From NCBI GenBank assembly GCA_025055975.1, contig JANWWM010000016.1:78159-142158 (forward strand): a stretch of DNA of 64,000 bases, given 5' to 3'. A program made the translations under genes and the position numbers. The notes beneath the pieces are model-generated. The model saw only the letters and a program-made list of their open reading frames with translations, searched no databases and was not told where the DNA came from. This document shows positions 1-10,826 of this stretch, one piece after another (the stretch's first letter is position 1; each line of letters opens with the position of its first letter). This DNA is from Chloroherpetonaceae bacterium. GTDB taxonomy: Bacteria; Bacteroidota; Chlorobiia; Chlorobiales; Thermochlorobacteraceae.

Positions 1-645
1 TTTACGATCGAATCTTTCGCCGACGAGGTTTCCGCGCTCATTGAGCATTTGCGCCTTTCGCGCCTTCATCTCGTTGGGCACTCGATGGGGTCGATGGTGG
101 CGGCGGAGTTGGCGCATCGGCATCAGGATCTGGCGCTCTCGACCACCATCATCGCTTGCGGCATTTTTCCTTACAGCGCGGTTCAGATGCAGATTCTTTC
201 CGCCTTCATTCGCGCCTCGGTGAGCCTGAAATTCCTTTTCCGCCTCGATGTTTTCAAACGCGCCTTCGCGCGAAAAGCCGCCGCGATGCCAATTCCAAAA
301 GATTACGAGACCATTCTCGTCAATGACTTTCTTGAAACCGACGCGGACGCGGCGGAAAAGGTCGGCACGTTCTCGCTCAATCCCGACATTTTGCGCCGTT
401 ACCGCGAGCAAGTCGTCTCGATTCCGTCGCCGTTGTTGCTCGTCGTTGGCAAAGCCGACAAGACCATTCCCCCCGAAGGCATGAACACGCTCTACGAAAC
501 GCGCCTTCGGGAACATCCCGAACTCTTCGCGCGCTTCGTCGAATTTGAAGACGTCGGGCACTTGCCAATGCTTGAAGTTCCCGACGCTTTCGCGGAGATT
601 CTGCTCGCGCATTTTGAGGAAGCCAAACGGCTCGCCGTCGATTGA
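1..645 (+). CDS. alpha/beta-fold hydrolase (5' end outside window)
   Basis: The reading frame is open from base 1. It has the nucleophile elbow HLVGHSMGSMVAAE (G-x-S-x-G) and a C-terminal catalytic His context FEDVGHLPMLE. Confidence 0.8.
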   Translation, partial: FTIESFADEVSALIEHLRLSRLHLVGHSMGSMVAAELAHRHQDLALSTTIIACGIFPYSAVQMQILSAFIRASVSLKFLFRLDVFKRAFARKAAAMPIPKDYETILVNDFLETDADAAEKVGTFSLNPDILRRYREQVVSIPSPLLLVVGKADKTIPPEGMNTLYETRLREHPELFARFVEFEDVGHLPMLEVPDAFAEILLAHFEEAKRLAVD

Positions 646-659
646 AAGCCCCGCGTCCG

Positions 660-1424
660 TTACTTTTTGAAGATGCTTCCCGCGATCGCCGTAACGAGAC
701 TGCGCGGCGCGAATCGACTGGAATTCACCATTAGCTTGTTCATAAAGCCTGAAACGACCACGCTCTCGCCGCGCTCGTAAGCCTCGATGCATGTTCGCAC
801 GACGTCTTCGGGCTTTTCGAGCGGGATCATCAACTTGGAGCGTTCATAATTGGCGTTGTCGAAAAATGGCGTGTCCGTTCCTCCTGGGCACAGCGCCATC
901 ACTCTCACGCCTTTTTCTTTGAGTTCAAAGGCGATGGCTTCCGAGAAACTCAACGCGAAGGCTTTGGTTGCGGCATAAACCGCCATTTGCGGCACGGGTT
1001 GAAACGCCGCCGTCGAGGCGACGTTGATGATGCCGCCCGAACGTTTCCGCGCGAATCGCTCGGCGAAAAGACGCGAGAGTTTCATCAAAGTTAGCGCGTT
1101 CAGCGTTACCATCTGTTCGAGGCGCGAAAGGTCGTGCGAAAGAAATTCGCCCATCATTCCAAAGCCCGCGTTGTTGATGAGCAAATCCACGTCGAGTTTT
1201 TTCTCGTCGCAGAAAGCGAGGACTTTTTCCGCGCTGTCGGGTTTGGAGAGGTCTTGCGCGAAGACGAGCGCGTCGATTCCGTTGGCTTCGGAAAGCCGCT
1301 TGGCAAGGGCGTTGAGTTTGTCTTCGGAACGCGCCACGAGAACGAGGTTATGCTTGCGTCGAGCGTAGGCGTCGGCGAAACACGCGCCGATGCCCGTCGA
1401 CGCGCCCGTGATGAGCGTCGTCAT
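660..1424 (-). CDS. SDR-family short-chain dehydrogenase/reductase
   Basis: N-terminal TGASTGIG dinucleotide-binding motif, NNAG, and catalytic YAATK (Y-x3-K). Length is 254 aa. Confidence 0.85.
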   Translation of the reverse strand: MTTLITGASTGIGACFADAYARRKHNLVLVARSEDKLNALAKRLSEANGIDALVFAQDLSKPDSAEKVLAFCDEKKLDVDLLINNAGFGMMGEFLSHDLSRLEQMVTLNALTLMKLSRLFAERFARKRSGGIINVASTAAFQPVPQMAVYAATKAFALSFSEAIAFELKEKGVRVMALCPGGTDTPFFDNANYERSKLMIPLEKPEDVVRTCIEAYERGESVVVSGFMNKLMVNSSRFAPRSLVTAIAGSIFKK

Positions 1425-1450
1425 CGTTTGTCAAGCGATTGGTTGGATTT

Positions 1451-1711
1451 TCAAAGCAAGATGACCCCTTCGATTTTAGCCGCTTGCTTGTAGATGGCGA
1501 TGATGTCGCTCGACGATTGCATTTCCAGCTCCGCCGTTATGCCGATGTAGTTGCCGTTGCGCGAGGGATTGAACCTGACGGGGTAGCCTTCGAAGAGATT
1601 TCGCAGTTGCACCAATCCCGCAAGCGGCGCGATGAACTTGAACATAAACCACGTCGGATACTCGAGTTCGTCCAAGCGCATTCGCAGTCCTTCAAATGAC
1701 GGCTCGCTCAT
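1451..1711 (-). CDS. DUF493 / YbeD-like small protein
   Basis: An 86-aa product starts at the internal Met (MSEPSFEG...). The pattern LEYPTWFMFKFI...NGNYIGITAEL...IYKQAAKIEGV resembles YbeD. The longer 152-aa ORF form is Lys/Ser-rich and was not used. Confidence 0.7.
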   Translation of the reverse strand: MSEPSFEGLRMRLDELEYPTWFMFKFIAPLAGLVQLRNLFEGYPVRFNPSRNGNYIGITAELEMQSSSDIIAIYKQAAKIEGVILL

Positions 1712-1775
1712 TTTCAGCTCCTTTGATTTTGATTTTCGCAAGGTAAAGAAAATCACGAAAGAACGACGGACTTTT

Positions 1776-3014
1776 TCACTCTTCATACAAACGCGCTTCT
1801 TTGGCTCTCGCTTCAAAGGCTTCGAGGCTTTCTTTCCTGACCAGCTCCAAGATTTCGTCGCGGCTTTTGCCTTGCTGAACGAGCCGTCGCAAGCGGTCTG
1901 CGCCCGCAAGTTTATCGAAAAAACTTTCTTTCCACAGAAGCGATTTTGGGTGCGATTTGTTCAACGCCGTCAGAAGCGCGACGGCAAGCTCGAACGGCTT
2001 GAACTTTCTTCGCTCCGTAATTTTGAATCGCACGCCGCCGCAGCGCTCGCCTTCGAACTTCGGCGATTGGCTTTTGCCCTTTTGCGATTTGGGCGTGAAC
2101 GAAACGACCTCGATTTCCGCCCCATTGATCGCGCCAATCTCGTCTTTCAATTTTTTTCCGTCGATGAAGGGCGCGCCGATTTGCTCGAAGGGATAAGGCG
2201 TGCCGCGTCCTTCGCTGACGTTGGTGCCTTCGAGCAGAACCGTCGCGGGATACAGGAGCATCGCATCGATGGATTGAATGTTCGGCGAGGGCGGCGTAAA
2301 AAGCGTTTTCCATTCGGCGTATTCGTCGGCGAACTTTCGGCGCGAGTAGTTTCGCATTTTGACGACCGAGAGTTTGAGCGACGGCAGTTCTTCGCGCTGA
2401 ACGAGCGTGGCGATTTCGCCAATCGTGAGCGCGTGAATGAACGGCGCGCGAATCAATCCGACGAATGAACGAAACGCCGTATCGAGCGCCGTCCCGTCCG
2501 CTCCGACGGGCGCGATGGGATTCGGTCGGTCGAGCACGACGAACTCCTTTTGCGATTCCGCCGCCGCCTCCATGGCGAGTTTCATCGTCGAGACGTAGGT
2601 GTAGCATCGCGTTCCGATGTCTTGAATGTCGAAGACGAGCGCGTCGATTTCGGCGAGCGTTTCTTTCGTTGGCTTTTTGACGTCGCCGTAGAGGGAAACG
2701 ATTTTGATTCCGTTGGCGAGCGTCTCGTCGGCGACTTTGCGTCCCGCTTCGCTCTGAATCGCAAAGCCGTGTTCGGGCGCGAAGACGACTCGCACGTCAA
2801 GCCCGTTGCGTCGGAAGAGCGCAACGCTCGATTCGCCGTTTCGGTCGACGCTCGTGGCGTTGCAGATAAGCCCGATGCGCTTGCCTTTGAGAAGGGCGAA
2901 GCCCGAATCGGCGAGCGCGTCCAACCCGACGCGCAACTGCCCGCGAAGCGACGGCGAAACCAACATCCACGCGAGAACGACGATTTTCGCCCATCGTCGA
3001 CAATTGATGCGCAT
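1776..3014 (-). CDS. DUF1343-family protein (NamZ-like exo-N-acetylmuramidase family), secreted
   Basis: N-terminal signal peptide. RIGLICNATSVD...VFAPEHGF and the downstream conserved blocks are typical of DUF1343. Confidence 0.75.
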   Translation of the reverse strand: MRINCRRWAKIVVLAWMLVSPSLRGQLRVGLDALADSGFALLKGKRIGLICNATSVDRNGESSVALFRRNGLDVRVVFAPEHGFAIQSEAGRKVADETLANGIKIVSLYGDVKKPTKETLAEIDALVFDIQDIGTRCYTYVSTMKLAMEAAAESQKEFVVLDRPNPIAPVGADGTALDTAFRSFVGLIRAPFIHALTIGEIATLVQREELPSLKLSVVKMRNYSRRKFADEYAEWKTLFTPPSPNIQSIDAMLLYPATVLLEGTNVSEGRGTPYPFEQIGAPFIDGKKLKDEIGAINGAEIEVVSFTPKSQKGKSQSPKFEGERCGGVRFKITERRKFKPFELAVALLTALNKSHPKSLLWKESFFDKLAGADRLRRLVQQGKSRDEILELVRKESLEAFEARAKEARLYEE

Positions 3015-3126
3015 TTCATCAACCGTTTTGGCGTTGAAAAATAGGCGCGTCTCTTTAACTATCCTTGCTCGCTCAACGCGCCTACCTAACCGCCATCAAA
3101 GAAAGTTTGAAGCGAAGTTGCCGACT

Positions 3127-3513
3127 ATGAGCGACATCATCAAGTTCGACCCTGCGCTGTTAGAGATTTTCAAGAGCGGCGCAAGTTCCGCGCCGATGCC
3201 CTTTTCGCGCGACATTCTCGTTCTTGAAACTCGCGTCGCGGGAACGAGTCGCTTGAACGACCCCGACGCGCTCGCCGCCACGCTCAAACGAGGCGACGTC
3301 CTGACGATGAGGCGCGAACCGCAAAACGAATTCGATGACTTTGCCATCTTGCTCTTCACCACAGGCGAAAAAGCGGGCTACATTCCGCGCGACCAAAACG
3401 AAGTCATCGCGCGCCTGATGGATGCGGGCAAAACCTTCTTTGCGCGCATCGAAGAGTTCTACTTTCAAGACGATTGGCTCTGCATCGAAATCAAAGCTTT
3501 TATGAAGGATTAA
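3127..3513 (+). CDS. stand-alone HIRAN-domain protein
   Basis: A 128-aa product from the ATG at 3127. VAGTSRL...LKRGDVLTMRREPQNEFDDFAILLF...KAGYIPRDQNEVIARLMDAG matches the HIRAN pattern. Confidence 0.7.
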   Translation: MSDIIKFDPALLEIFKSGASSAPMPFSRDILVLETRVAGTSRLNDPDALAATLKRGDVLTMRREPQNEFDDFAILLFTTGEKAGYIPRDQNEVIARLMDAGKTFFARIEEFYFQDDWLCIEIKAFMKD

Positions 3514-3531
3514 GGGGATTCCGAAAGACAA

Positions 3532-3555
3532 AAACCCTTGCGCGAACAAGGGTTT
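3532..3555. terminator. perfect 9-bp hairpin between the HIRAN gene and tRNA-Pro
   Basis: aaacccttg-cgcgaa-caagggttt, with a TTTT run 6 nt downstream on the plus strand. Confidence 0.45.
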
Positions 3556-3568
3556 GCGTGGTTTTGAA

Positions 3569-3641
<73 letters not shown>

Positions 3642-3844
3642 GATTGCGAAAGGACGCAAAGGTAGCAAAAATTCGTTTTTTCGCAAACGCGCCTCCCGCG
3701 TCGTTTTTCGGCGACTCCCAAAATCAAGCGGCGAAAATTTGCCTCGACGGAACTTATTTTCGAAACGACATCGGCTTGCGAGAAACGAACAAAGAACGCA
3801 TGACGCATTCGCCCGACCAACGATTTTTCGTCTGACGATTCTTT

Positions 3845-6301
3845 ATGAAGCGTTCTCGCTTTCTTCCAGCGTTTCTGCTCTGCCTTTTCGTCTCCGCGAT
3901 TTGCGATTGCGCTTTCGCGCAAGAACCGCCGCGCAAATTGCGCGTCGTGTCGGGCGTGGTGATTGACGGCGACGACAAACAGCCGCTCCGCGCCGCGAAG
4001 GTCAAGGTCATCGGCAAAAAGGTCGGCACGCTCACGAGCATTGACGGCAGATTTCAACTCACGCTCGTTCCGGGCAAATACGTGCTTGCTTTCTCAATGG
4101 TCGGCTACGAAACCGAAAAGGTCGAGGTGGATTTGACCGAGAGCAATCAAGAAATCAAAGTCTTGATGCGCGCGCCAACTTACGACGCGGAAGAAGTCGC
4201 CGTTTTCGCCGAAGACCCTGGCGTTACGCTCATCAAGGAAGCCTTGAAGCGCAAAAAGCGACAGAACGACTCGCTTCAAAGCTACCGCTATATGCTTTAC
4301 ACGAAGTTCGTCGCCAGCACCGATTCGAACACGGCGAACCGCGCCAGCGGCAAGGTCGACACCACCATCGTCTCCATCTTCGAGTCCTATTCCAAAGGCT
4401 ACTACAAGAAGCCCGACAAGCATTACAACGTCATCGTTCAGCGTCGTCAGAGCGCGAACGTGCCGCAATCGGCGAACTTCGTCGTTTTCGGAACGAACCT
4501 AAACGCCTACGACGATTACATTGAGATCCTCGGACAAGAAGTCGCCACGCCCTTTCACCCCGACGCGCTCGATTTTTACGACTTCACGCTCGGCAAGCGC
4601 ATCGGTTCGGATTCGTCGCGCTTCATTCGTCGCCTATTCTTCAAGCCCAAGACGAATCAGCGCAAGCTTTTCGAGGGCTACGTGGATATGGATATGGACA
4701 AGAACATTCCGTTGCAATTGGAAATGAAGCCCAACCGCGCCGTGCGCTTGCCCTTCGACGCGAGCTTGGTTTATCGTCAGCAATTCGACGAGTTCGAGAA
4801 TTTCTACGTGATGCCCGTCGGAATGCAGATTCAAAGTTCCGCCGAAGCCGCCGTGCTGTTCGTCATCTCGCCGCGCATCGACATTGATATTGAGACCGTC
4901 GCTTACGATTATCGCTTCAACGAGAGATTTCCCGACGAACTCTTTTCGCGCCGTCGCGTCGATGTCAGCAAGGACGCGGACAAACTCGACTCGTCGTATT
5001 GGGGCACGAACGCCGTTTTGCCGCTTCGTCCCGAAGAAACCTACGCCTATCGCGCCATTGAAATCGCGCAAGACAATCCCGATTCCGCGATTGGCATCGT
5101 GTTTTTCAATCGGCTCATCGCGCCCGTCGCTCGCGTCATTCGCTTTCTGAACACGCGCCCCTTCACGGGCATCGATGATTTGTTTCACTACAATCGCGTG
5201 CAAGGCGCTTATCTCGGTTTGGGCTTGGAAGAAAAGTTTTGGGAGCGATTCGTCGCCAGCGCGGCTTTTGGATACGGCTTTGCCGACAAGCGCGCCAACT
5301 ACGACATTCGATTCAGATACGTTTTGCGAGAACGCGAAGACCTGTTTCTCAACCTCAAACTTTATCGCCTGCTGCTTCGGCGCGACAACCCCTACGTCGT
5401 CGGCGTTCCGCTCATCACGACGCTTTCGCTTCTGAACAAGAACGATTACGGCGACTACTACTATGGGAGCGGCTTCGAGCTTTCGGGCGAACTTGGCTTT
5501 GGACAGCTCATCTACATTCAGCGCGACGATTTTATGCACCCCACGATTTTCAAACTCTTCTTTCGCAACGAACTGCAAACGTCGGCGAGCGTCAACGCCA
5601 ACTTCGCCTTCTTCGGCGGCGAGCGCGCCTTCCGCGAAAATCCGCCCATCTTCAACGGCACGATGCGCTCTTTCGGCTTCGACGCGCAAATCAATTACAG
5701 TCCGATTCGACGCATCGCCAATTTCGGCTTTCAAATCAAGGGCGAATTTTCAAAGCCCACGTTCATTCCGAGCGATTTCGATTTCGCGCAGTATTACGCG
5801 GCGCTTCTGTGGAGAACGAGAACGCTCGTGCCGCTGTGGCGAATGGACATGCGATTGAGCGCGGGTTACTCGACGGGCGGCGTGCCGCCGCAACGCTTTT
5901 TCAGCTTGGAATCGGCGGTCGGAGGCACCGCCTCGGCGAGCGCGGGCGTGTTTCGCGGCATGCGCGTCAAGGAGTTCTACGGCGACAGGTTCTTCTCGCT
6001 TTCGCTCGAGCACAACTTCGGCGAGATTATCCCTGGCGCGTTTCGCATTCCCAACATCGCCTCGTTTGGCATCGAGTTCATCTTTCTCGGCGGCATTGGG
6101 TGGTCGGAGTTTTCGAAGCGAACGTTGGAATACTCCCGAACGACCCTTCCAACGACCACGCTCACGAGCGAAAAGTGGTATTACGAAGTTGGCTTCGGCT
6201 TGAATCAGATCTTAATCATTCTTCGGACGGATTTTTCCTTGCGGCTTTCGCAGACTCGCGCGCCGATTTTGTTTTTCACGATTTCGACGGCGACGCTGTG
6301 A
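3845..6301 (+). CDS. outer-membrane protein with an N-terminal carboxypeptidase-regulatory-like domain (DUF5686-like)
   Basis: Signal peptide, then VSGVVIDGDDKQPLRAAKVKVIGKKVGTLTSIDGRFQL...GYE (CarboxypepD_reg pattern). The rest is a long region of alternating aromatic residues that looks beta-rich. Confidence 0.6.
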   Translation: MKRSRFLPAFLLCLFVSAICDCAFAQEPPRKLRVVSGVVIDGDDKQPLRAAKVKVIGKKVGTLTSIDGRFQLTLVPGKYVLAFSMVGYETEKVEVDLTESNQEIKVLMRAPTYDAEEVAVFAEDPGVTLIKEALKRKKRQNDSLQSYRYMLYTKFVASTDSNTANRASGKVDTTIVSIFESYSKGYYKKPDKHYNVIVQRRQSANVPQSANFVVFGTNLNAYDDYIEILGQEVATPFHPDALDFYDFTLGKRIGSDSSRFIRRLFFKPKTNQRKLFEGYVDMDMDKNIPLQLEMKPNRAVRLPFDASLVYRQQFDEFENFYVMPVGMQIQSSAEAAVLFVISPRIDIDIETVAYDYRFNERFPDELFSRRRVDVSKDADKLDSSYWGTNAVLPLRPEETYAYRAIEIAQDNPDSAIGIVFFNRLIAPVARVIRFLNTRPFTGIDDLFHYNRVQGAYLGLGLEEKFWERFVASAAFGYGFADKRANYDIRFRYVLREREDLFLNLKLYRLLLRRDNPYVVGVPLITTLSLLNKNDYGDYYYGSGFELSGELGFGQLIYIQRDDFMHPTIFKLFFRNELQTSASVNANFAFFGGERAFRENPPIFNGTMRSFGFDAQINYSPIRRIANFGFQIKGEFSKPTFIPSDFDFAQYYAALLWRTRTLVPLWRMDMRLSAGYSTGGVPPQRFFSLESAVGGTASASAGVFRGMRVKEFYGDRFFSLSLEHNFGEIIPGAFRIPNIASFGIEFIFLGGIGWSEFSKRTLEYSRTTLPTTTLTSEKWYYEVGFGLNQILIILRTDFSLRLSQTRAPILFFTISTATL

Positions 6302-6308
6302 GCGAGGG

Positions 6309-7709
6309 TCAAAGGAGTTCGAACGTTTCGAGCCGAGACGGGATTTCGACGCGCTTGAAGCCAAGTTCTTTCAAGCCGTCGCGCAAGCTTTGCGCCGCCG
6401 CGTCTTCGCCGTGCACGAGAAAAATCGCGCGCATCTCGCTTCGGCTGAATTGACCGATGTAGTCCAAGAGTTCCGCTCTATCGGCGTGCGCGGAAAAATT
6501 GTTCATCACGACGACTTCGGCTCTGAGCTTGTAAGGCTCGCCGAAGATGTTGACTTCGGGCTGACGCTCCAAGATTTTCCGTCCCAACGTGTTTTCCGCC
6601 ATGTAGCCCACGATTAAAATGGTCGTTTTCGGGTTTTCGATGTTGTTGGCGAGGTGATGCGCGATTCTGCCGCCTTCCGCCATTCCCGACCCCGCCAAGA
6701 TGATGCACGGCTTTTCGTAGTCGTTGAGTTTTTTGGAGTCTTCCGCCGAGCGCGCGTAGGCGACGTTTTCCAGACGAAGCGGGTGCTTGTCGTCGGCGAT
6801 GAGCGCGTTCATTTCTTTGTCGAAGCATTCGGGGTGATAGCGATAGACGTTGGTGACGTCTTGCGCGAGCGGGCTGTCGAGGAAAATCATCATATCCTTT
6901 GGCATCTTGCCCGCATGGTAGAGTTGGTTGAAGAAGTAGAGCATCTCTTGCGTCCGTCCGACGCTGAAGGCGGGAATGAGAATTTTTCCGCCGCGCTCGT
7001 AGGTTCGCCGAATCACGTCGGTCAAAACGCGCTCGACTTCGTCTTTGGGCTTGTGCAATCGGTTGCCGTAAGTGCTTTCGGCGATGAGGTAATGCACGTC
7101 GCCGCAAAATTCGGGGTCTTTGAGAATCGGCGTTTGCTTTCTGCCCAAGTCGCCCGTGAAAGCGAGGCGAACATGCGCGCGTTTTTCTTTGAGTTCCAAG
7201 ACGACGACGGCGGAGCCAAGAATGTGCCCCGAATTGTAGAACGTGAGCGTAACGCCGTCGCTGATGTCGATGGGGCGATGAAACGGAAGCGCGAAGAAAT
7301 GCTCGGTTACGGCTTGCGCGTCTTCGAGGGAGTAAAGCGGCTCGACGGGAGGCAAATTGCGACGAGCGCGTTTTTTCGAGACGAACTCCGCGTCGCGTCG
7401 TTGCAGAAACGCCGTGTCCTGCAACATCACGACGGCAAGGTCGCGCGTGGCGGCGGTGGCGTAAATGTTGCCCTTGAAGCCCTGTTTGACGAGCAGCGGA
7501 AGCCTGCCGCTATGGTCGGTGTGCGCATGGGAAAGCACGACGCCGTGAAGCTCGCTCGGCTTGAAGGGAAACTCGCGGTTGAGCGCGTCCGCTTCGCTTC
7601 GTCTGCCTTGAAACAAGCCGCAATCGAGCAAGATGTTCTTTCCATTGACCGAAACGAGATGCGACGAACCCGTAACCCCTCTCGTCGCGCCGCAGAAGGC
7701 GACTTTCAT
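6309..7709 (-). CDS. MBL-fold metallo-hydrolase, beta-CASP (RNA-metabolising) type
   Basis: The start was taken at MKVAFCGATRGVTGS. It has the HAHTDHSG metallo-beta-lactamase motif and a C-terminal FSAHAD motif typical of beta-CASP nucleases. Confidence 0.8.
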   Translation of the reverse strand: MKVAFCGATRGVTGSSHLVSVNGKNILLDCGLFQGRRSEADALNREFPFKPSELHGVVLSHAHTDHSGRLPLLVKQGFKGNIYATAATRDLAVVMLQDTAFLQRRDAEFVSKKRARRNLPPVEPLYSLEDAQAVTEHFFALPFHRPIDISDGVTLTFYNSGHILGSAVVVLELKEKRAHVRLAFTGDLGRKQTPILKDPEFCGDVHYLIAESTYGNRLHKPKDEVERVLTDVIRRTYERGGKILIPAFSVGRTQEMLYFFNQLYHAGKMPKDMMIFLDSPLAQDVTNVYRYHPECFDKEMNALIADDKHPLRLENVAYARSAEDSKKLNDYEKPCIILAGSGMAEGGRIAHHLANNIENPKTTILIVGYMAENTLGRKILERQPEVNIFGEPYKLRAEVVVMNNFSAHADRAELLDYIGQFSRSEMRAIFLVHGEDAAAQSLRDGLKELGFKRVEIPSRLETFELL

Positions 7710-7811
7710 TGTTCGAGCGACGATGACGCTTTCGAGAGACGCTCGCAAAAATAAAAAGCGGAAGCGCGAAACTTCCGCTTTTCGTGAACACCCTTGTTGG
7801 AACGCGCACGG

Positions 7812-8906
7812 TCAATGCGCGGCGGGGCTTTTGACGTAGTATTCGTAATAAACGATGAAGCACTCAATGAGGAAGAAGCCCAACGTGAAAATGCCGAAGA
7901 GGGTGAATTTCGGGTCTCTCTCTTCCCGCGAGGCTTTCTTGTCCAAGAACGGCACGAGCGCCCAAAGAATCATCGCGATCGTCAAGGTAACAATGGCGAC
8001 GACGGGCGGCACTTGCTTCAAGTATTGGAACTGCGCCCAGAAATACCATTCGGGCTTGATGCCTTCGGGCGCGGGTTGAAGCGGATCCGCCTTCTCGCCG
8101 ATTTCCCAAGGGAAGACGACGGAGAGGAAAATCAGAAGCGCAAAGCCAATCATCCAGCCGATAAAATCCTTCATCAAGAAGTTCGGGAAGAACGGCTCGT
8201 CGCCTTTGACCAAGCCTCTTTCGCGGTAGCCGATAGGCACGGACGTGCCGAGCGTTTGCATCAAAATCAGGTGAGCCGAAAGCACGAGGAGCGTCAAGCC
8301 CGGAAGCAAAACCACGTGCAGACCAAACATTCTCGTGAGCGTTTCGCCCGTTACTTCGTCGCCGCCTTGAACGATTCGGGCGATGAAATCGCCCCCAGGC
8401 ATGTAGGTTATCGTTTGAATGCCAACTTTGACGGCGAAATACGCAAGCGTGTTCCAAGGAAGCAAGTAGCCCGTGAATGAAAGCCCCAGCGTCAAGATGC
8501 ACAGCACGAAGCCCGTAAGCCACATCAATTCGCGCGGCTTGCGGTAGGCTTTCATAAAGTATGCGCTGAACATGTGGATAAACATCATCAGCACCATCAA
8601 GTTCGCCGACCAACTGTGCACTTGGCGAATCAGCCACCCAAACGGCACTTCCTTTTGAATGAACACGAAGGATTCAAACGCTTCCGACTCGGTGGGTTTG
8701 TAGTAGAGCAGCAACAACAAGCCCGTGATGATTTGAATGACGAAGAAAAACAGCGTTAGTCCGCCGAAGTAATACCAAACGGATTGGCGGTGCATCGGGA
8801 CGGTTTTCTTGGAGGCGTAGTCAATGACGTAGGTCAGCGAGCCAATGCGCTCGTTTATCCAGCCTTGCAAACCGCCGTTCTTGAGTTTTGCGATGAGTTC
8901 TGCCAT
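7812..8906 (-). CDS. petB: cytochrome b subunit of a quinol-oxidising bc-type complex
   Basis: Multi-TM protein with [19 protein letters not shown] and [17 protein letters not shown] haem-ligand His contexts. It lies 33 nt downstream of the Rieske gene. Confidence 0.85.
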   Translation of the reverse strand: MAELIAKLKNGGLQGWINERIGSLTYVIDYASKKTVPMHRQSVWYYFGGLTLFFFVIQIITGLLLLLYYKPTESEAFESFVFIQKEVPFGWLIRQVHSWSANLMVLMMFIHMFSAYFMKAYRKPRELMWLTGFVLCILTLGLSFTGYLLPWNTLAYFAVKVGIQTITYMPGGDFIARIVQGGDEVTGETLTRMFGLHVVLLPGLTLLVLSAHLILMQTLGTSVPIGYRERGLVKGDEPFFPNFLMKDFIGWMIGFALLIFLSVVFPWEIGEKADPLQPAPEGIKPEWYFWAQFQYLKQVPPVVAIVTLTIAMILWALVPFLDKKASREERDPKFTLFGIFTLGFFLIECFIVYYEYYVKSPAAH

Positions 8907-8939
8907 TTTCGTTACTACGGTTAAGCGTTGAAAGATGAT

Positions 8940-9482
8940 TTATGCTTTGAACACGATGATGTTCCCGTCTTGGACTTTCACGCCGTATTTTTGAAGGTCG
9001 GCGGGTTGCGGTCCGGAGATTTTCGTGCCGTCGTTGTTGTATCGAGCGTTGTGGCAGGCGCACCAGACGTTGTTGGCTTTCGCGTCGTATTGCACCAGAC
9101 AGCCGAGATGCGTGCACTTGGCGGAAAAAGCGGTGTATTCGCCATTGACGTTCAGCACCATTACGGGCAGGTCGTTGAACTTGAAAATTTTGCCCGAATT
9201 TGGCGGCACTTCGCCGTCTTTGCCGACGATGGCGGAGTTGGAAACTTTCTTTTTGCGTTCAGGCGGATAGGAATAGCGCGCGATGGGGTAGAGAATGGTT
9301 GCGACGAAAAGCGTGCCAAGCGCGCCGACAAGGTAGGTTAAAAAATTTCTTCGCCCTCCCGTTTCCGCGTCTTCGACGATCGTCTTTTGCGCGGATTCTA
9401 CGGCTTCGCGTCGCTTCGCGTCGGTCTCGCCGATAACTTCAAGGCGTTTGGAGCGGTCGTACTCGCCACGAACGATTTGCAT
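8940..9482 (-). CDS. petC: Rieske [2Fe-2S] subunit of the bc-type complex
   Basis: N-terminal TM anchor and cluster-binding boxes CTHLGC and CACHNARY. Confidence 0.85.
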   Translation of the reverse strand: MQIVRGEYDRSKRLEVIGETDAKRREAVESAQKTIVEDAETGGRRNFLTYLVGALGTLFVATILYPIARYSYPPERKKKVSNSAIVGKDGEVPPNSGKIFKFNDLPVMVLNVNGEYTAFSAKCTHLGCLVQYDAKANNVWCACHNARYNNDGTKISGPQPADLQKYGVKVQDGNIIVFKA

Positions 9483-9581
9483 AGTGAAGTTCTCCGATGG
9501 TTTGCGATTTAGAATGGCTTTTCGTCTTTTGAGAAGTCAGGCAGTCCCGCTAACGCTACGTGAGTTTCGTTTCGTTCCGAT

Positions 9582-10709
9582 TCACCGCCTTTGCTCCAAA
9601 AAACGATTGAAAAAGTTATACAGCGCATACATCACCGACAAGCGTCCCTCGCGCAAGACTTTGCTTTTGACCAAGTTTTGCACGATGCCCGACGTGAGCC
9701 GTTCAGGGTGCAGGAACTCGGAAATGCCCGTCATTGCCACGCCGCCTTTTTCTTGCAAGTTCAACGCGAAGCGAGAATAGAACCGCACGTAGAAGGGTCC
9801 CGTGTCCAAGCATTTCAAATGTTCGATGGAGAAGCGGCAATCGCCCGACTCCATCGTCAAACGCTTGCCGTAGCGCGGCGAGATGAGGTTCTGCTCCAAT
9901 TCGTGCTCGATGATCGTGAGACGATTTTCCAAGATGAGCGGCTTTCCGTTCTCGGCAAGATACAGGAACGTGAACGGCTCGCGGGATTGGTCTTTGTAGG
10001 AGATGATGTAATAGACGAGATCGTGTTTTTTGGAGTGCGCTCGTCCCCAATACCAATTCTCGATGTGCGCGTCCATTGGCGCGCGTCCGAAGTTGTGGTC
10101 GTGATAACCGCTGCCGCGGAAGGCGATGTTTCGCTCGTCGTTTTTGAGACCGTCCCACACGTGAATCTCTCCCTTCACGTCCATTGAGGGCGCGACGAGA
10201 ATCCAAGCGTGTTCGCCTTCGCCCGACGACAGTTCGCCCAAATCGTCGTCCAGTTCCATTTTGGGCGTGAAGCGAAGTTCGGCTTTGACGCGCTTTTTTC
10301 GGGCGGGCATTTCAAAATCCAAACGCAAAACGAAACAGTTGCGAATTTCGTCGTAGGCGAACCAATTGCGTTCAAAGCGCGCGAAGGGCTTTTCCGTCGA
10401 GGCTTCGAAAAGCGCGGCGTCGCCCTCTTTGATGAAGTTCACCACCTCGACCCCGTCGGCGTAAAGGCTAAAACTGAACGCCGCATGTTCGAGCGGATTC
10501 GGAAACGACGCGCCGTTCTTCGCCCCGCTTTGTTTCCAAGCGCGAAGCCTTTTGAGGTAGTAGGGCGAAAAGGGAAAGCCCGAAAACCAGATGGCGACGA
10601 TGGAATAACGTTCATCGTCGGCAACCGCGTCGAAATACCACCATTCGTAAGAGCCAGGTTCCGTGAGATTGTGCCAAACGTCGGCTTGCAGCGATGAAAG
10701 GATTTGCAT
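9582..10709 (-). CDS. crtC: carotenoid 1,2-hydratase family protein (CrtC-like)
   Basis: The N-terminal block PGSYEWWYFDAVADDERYSIVAIWFSGFPFSPYY is characteristic of hydroxyneurosporene synthase/CrtC-type proteins. Confidence 0.6.
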   Translation of the reverse strand: MQILSSLQADVWHNLTEPGSYEWWYFDAVADDERYSIVAIWFSGFPFSPYYLKRLRAWKQSGAKNGASFPNPLEHAAFSFSLYADGVEVVNFIKEGDAALFEASTEKPFARFERNWFAYDEIRNCFVLRLDFEMPARKKRVKAELRFTPKMELDDDLGELSSGEGEHAWILVAPSMDVKGEIHVWDGLKNDERNIAFRGSGYHDHNFGRAPMDAHIENWYWGRAHSKKHDLVYYIISYKDQSREPFTFLYLAENGKPLILENRLTIIEHELEQNLISPRYGKRLTMESGDCRFSIEHLKCLDTGPFYVRFYSRFALNLQEKGGVAMTGISEFLHPERLTSGIVQNLVKSKVLREGRLSVMYALYNFFNRFLEQRR

Positions 10710-10826
10710 TCGGTTTGTTCGATGAAACCGCGTTTTTTGAAACGACTGCGATACGACAAACTGAATCGCGGGGGAAGTGGTTTCAATTTAGCGAAGTTCG
10801 CTTGCGAAATCAACATCGCTTCGTTC

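Noticed and set aside
1451-1909. The 152-aa form of the DUF493 ORF, which overlaps the 3' end of the DUF1343 gene.
   Set aside because: The N-terminal 66 aa are Lys/Ser-rich with no homology pattern, and they overlap the neighbouring gene. The internal Met at 1711 gives the canonical length of about 86 aa.
7812-9482. The absence of a cytochrome c1 or f gene after petC-petB, considered as a novelty.
   Set aside because: A two-gene Rieske/cytochrome b operon without c1 is the known arrangement in Chlorobi-type bacteria. It is a lineage marker rather than a new feature.
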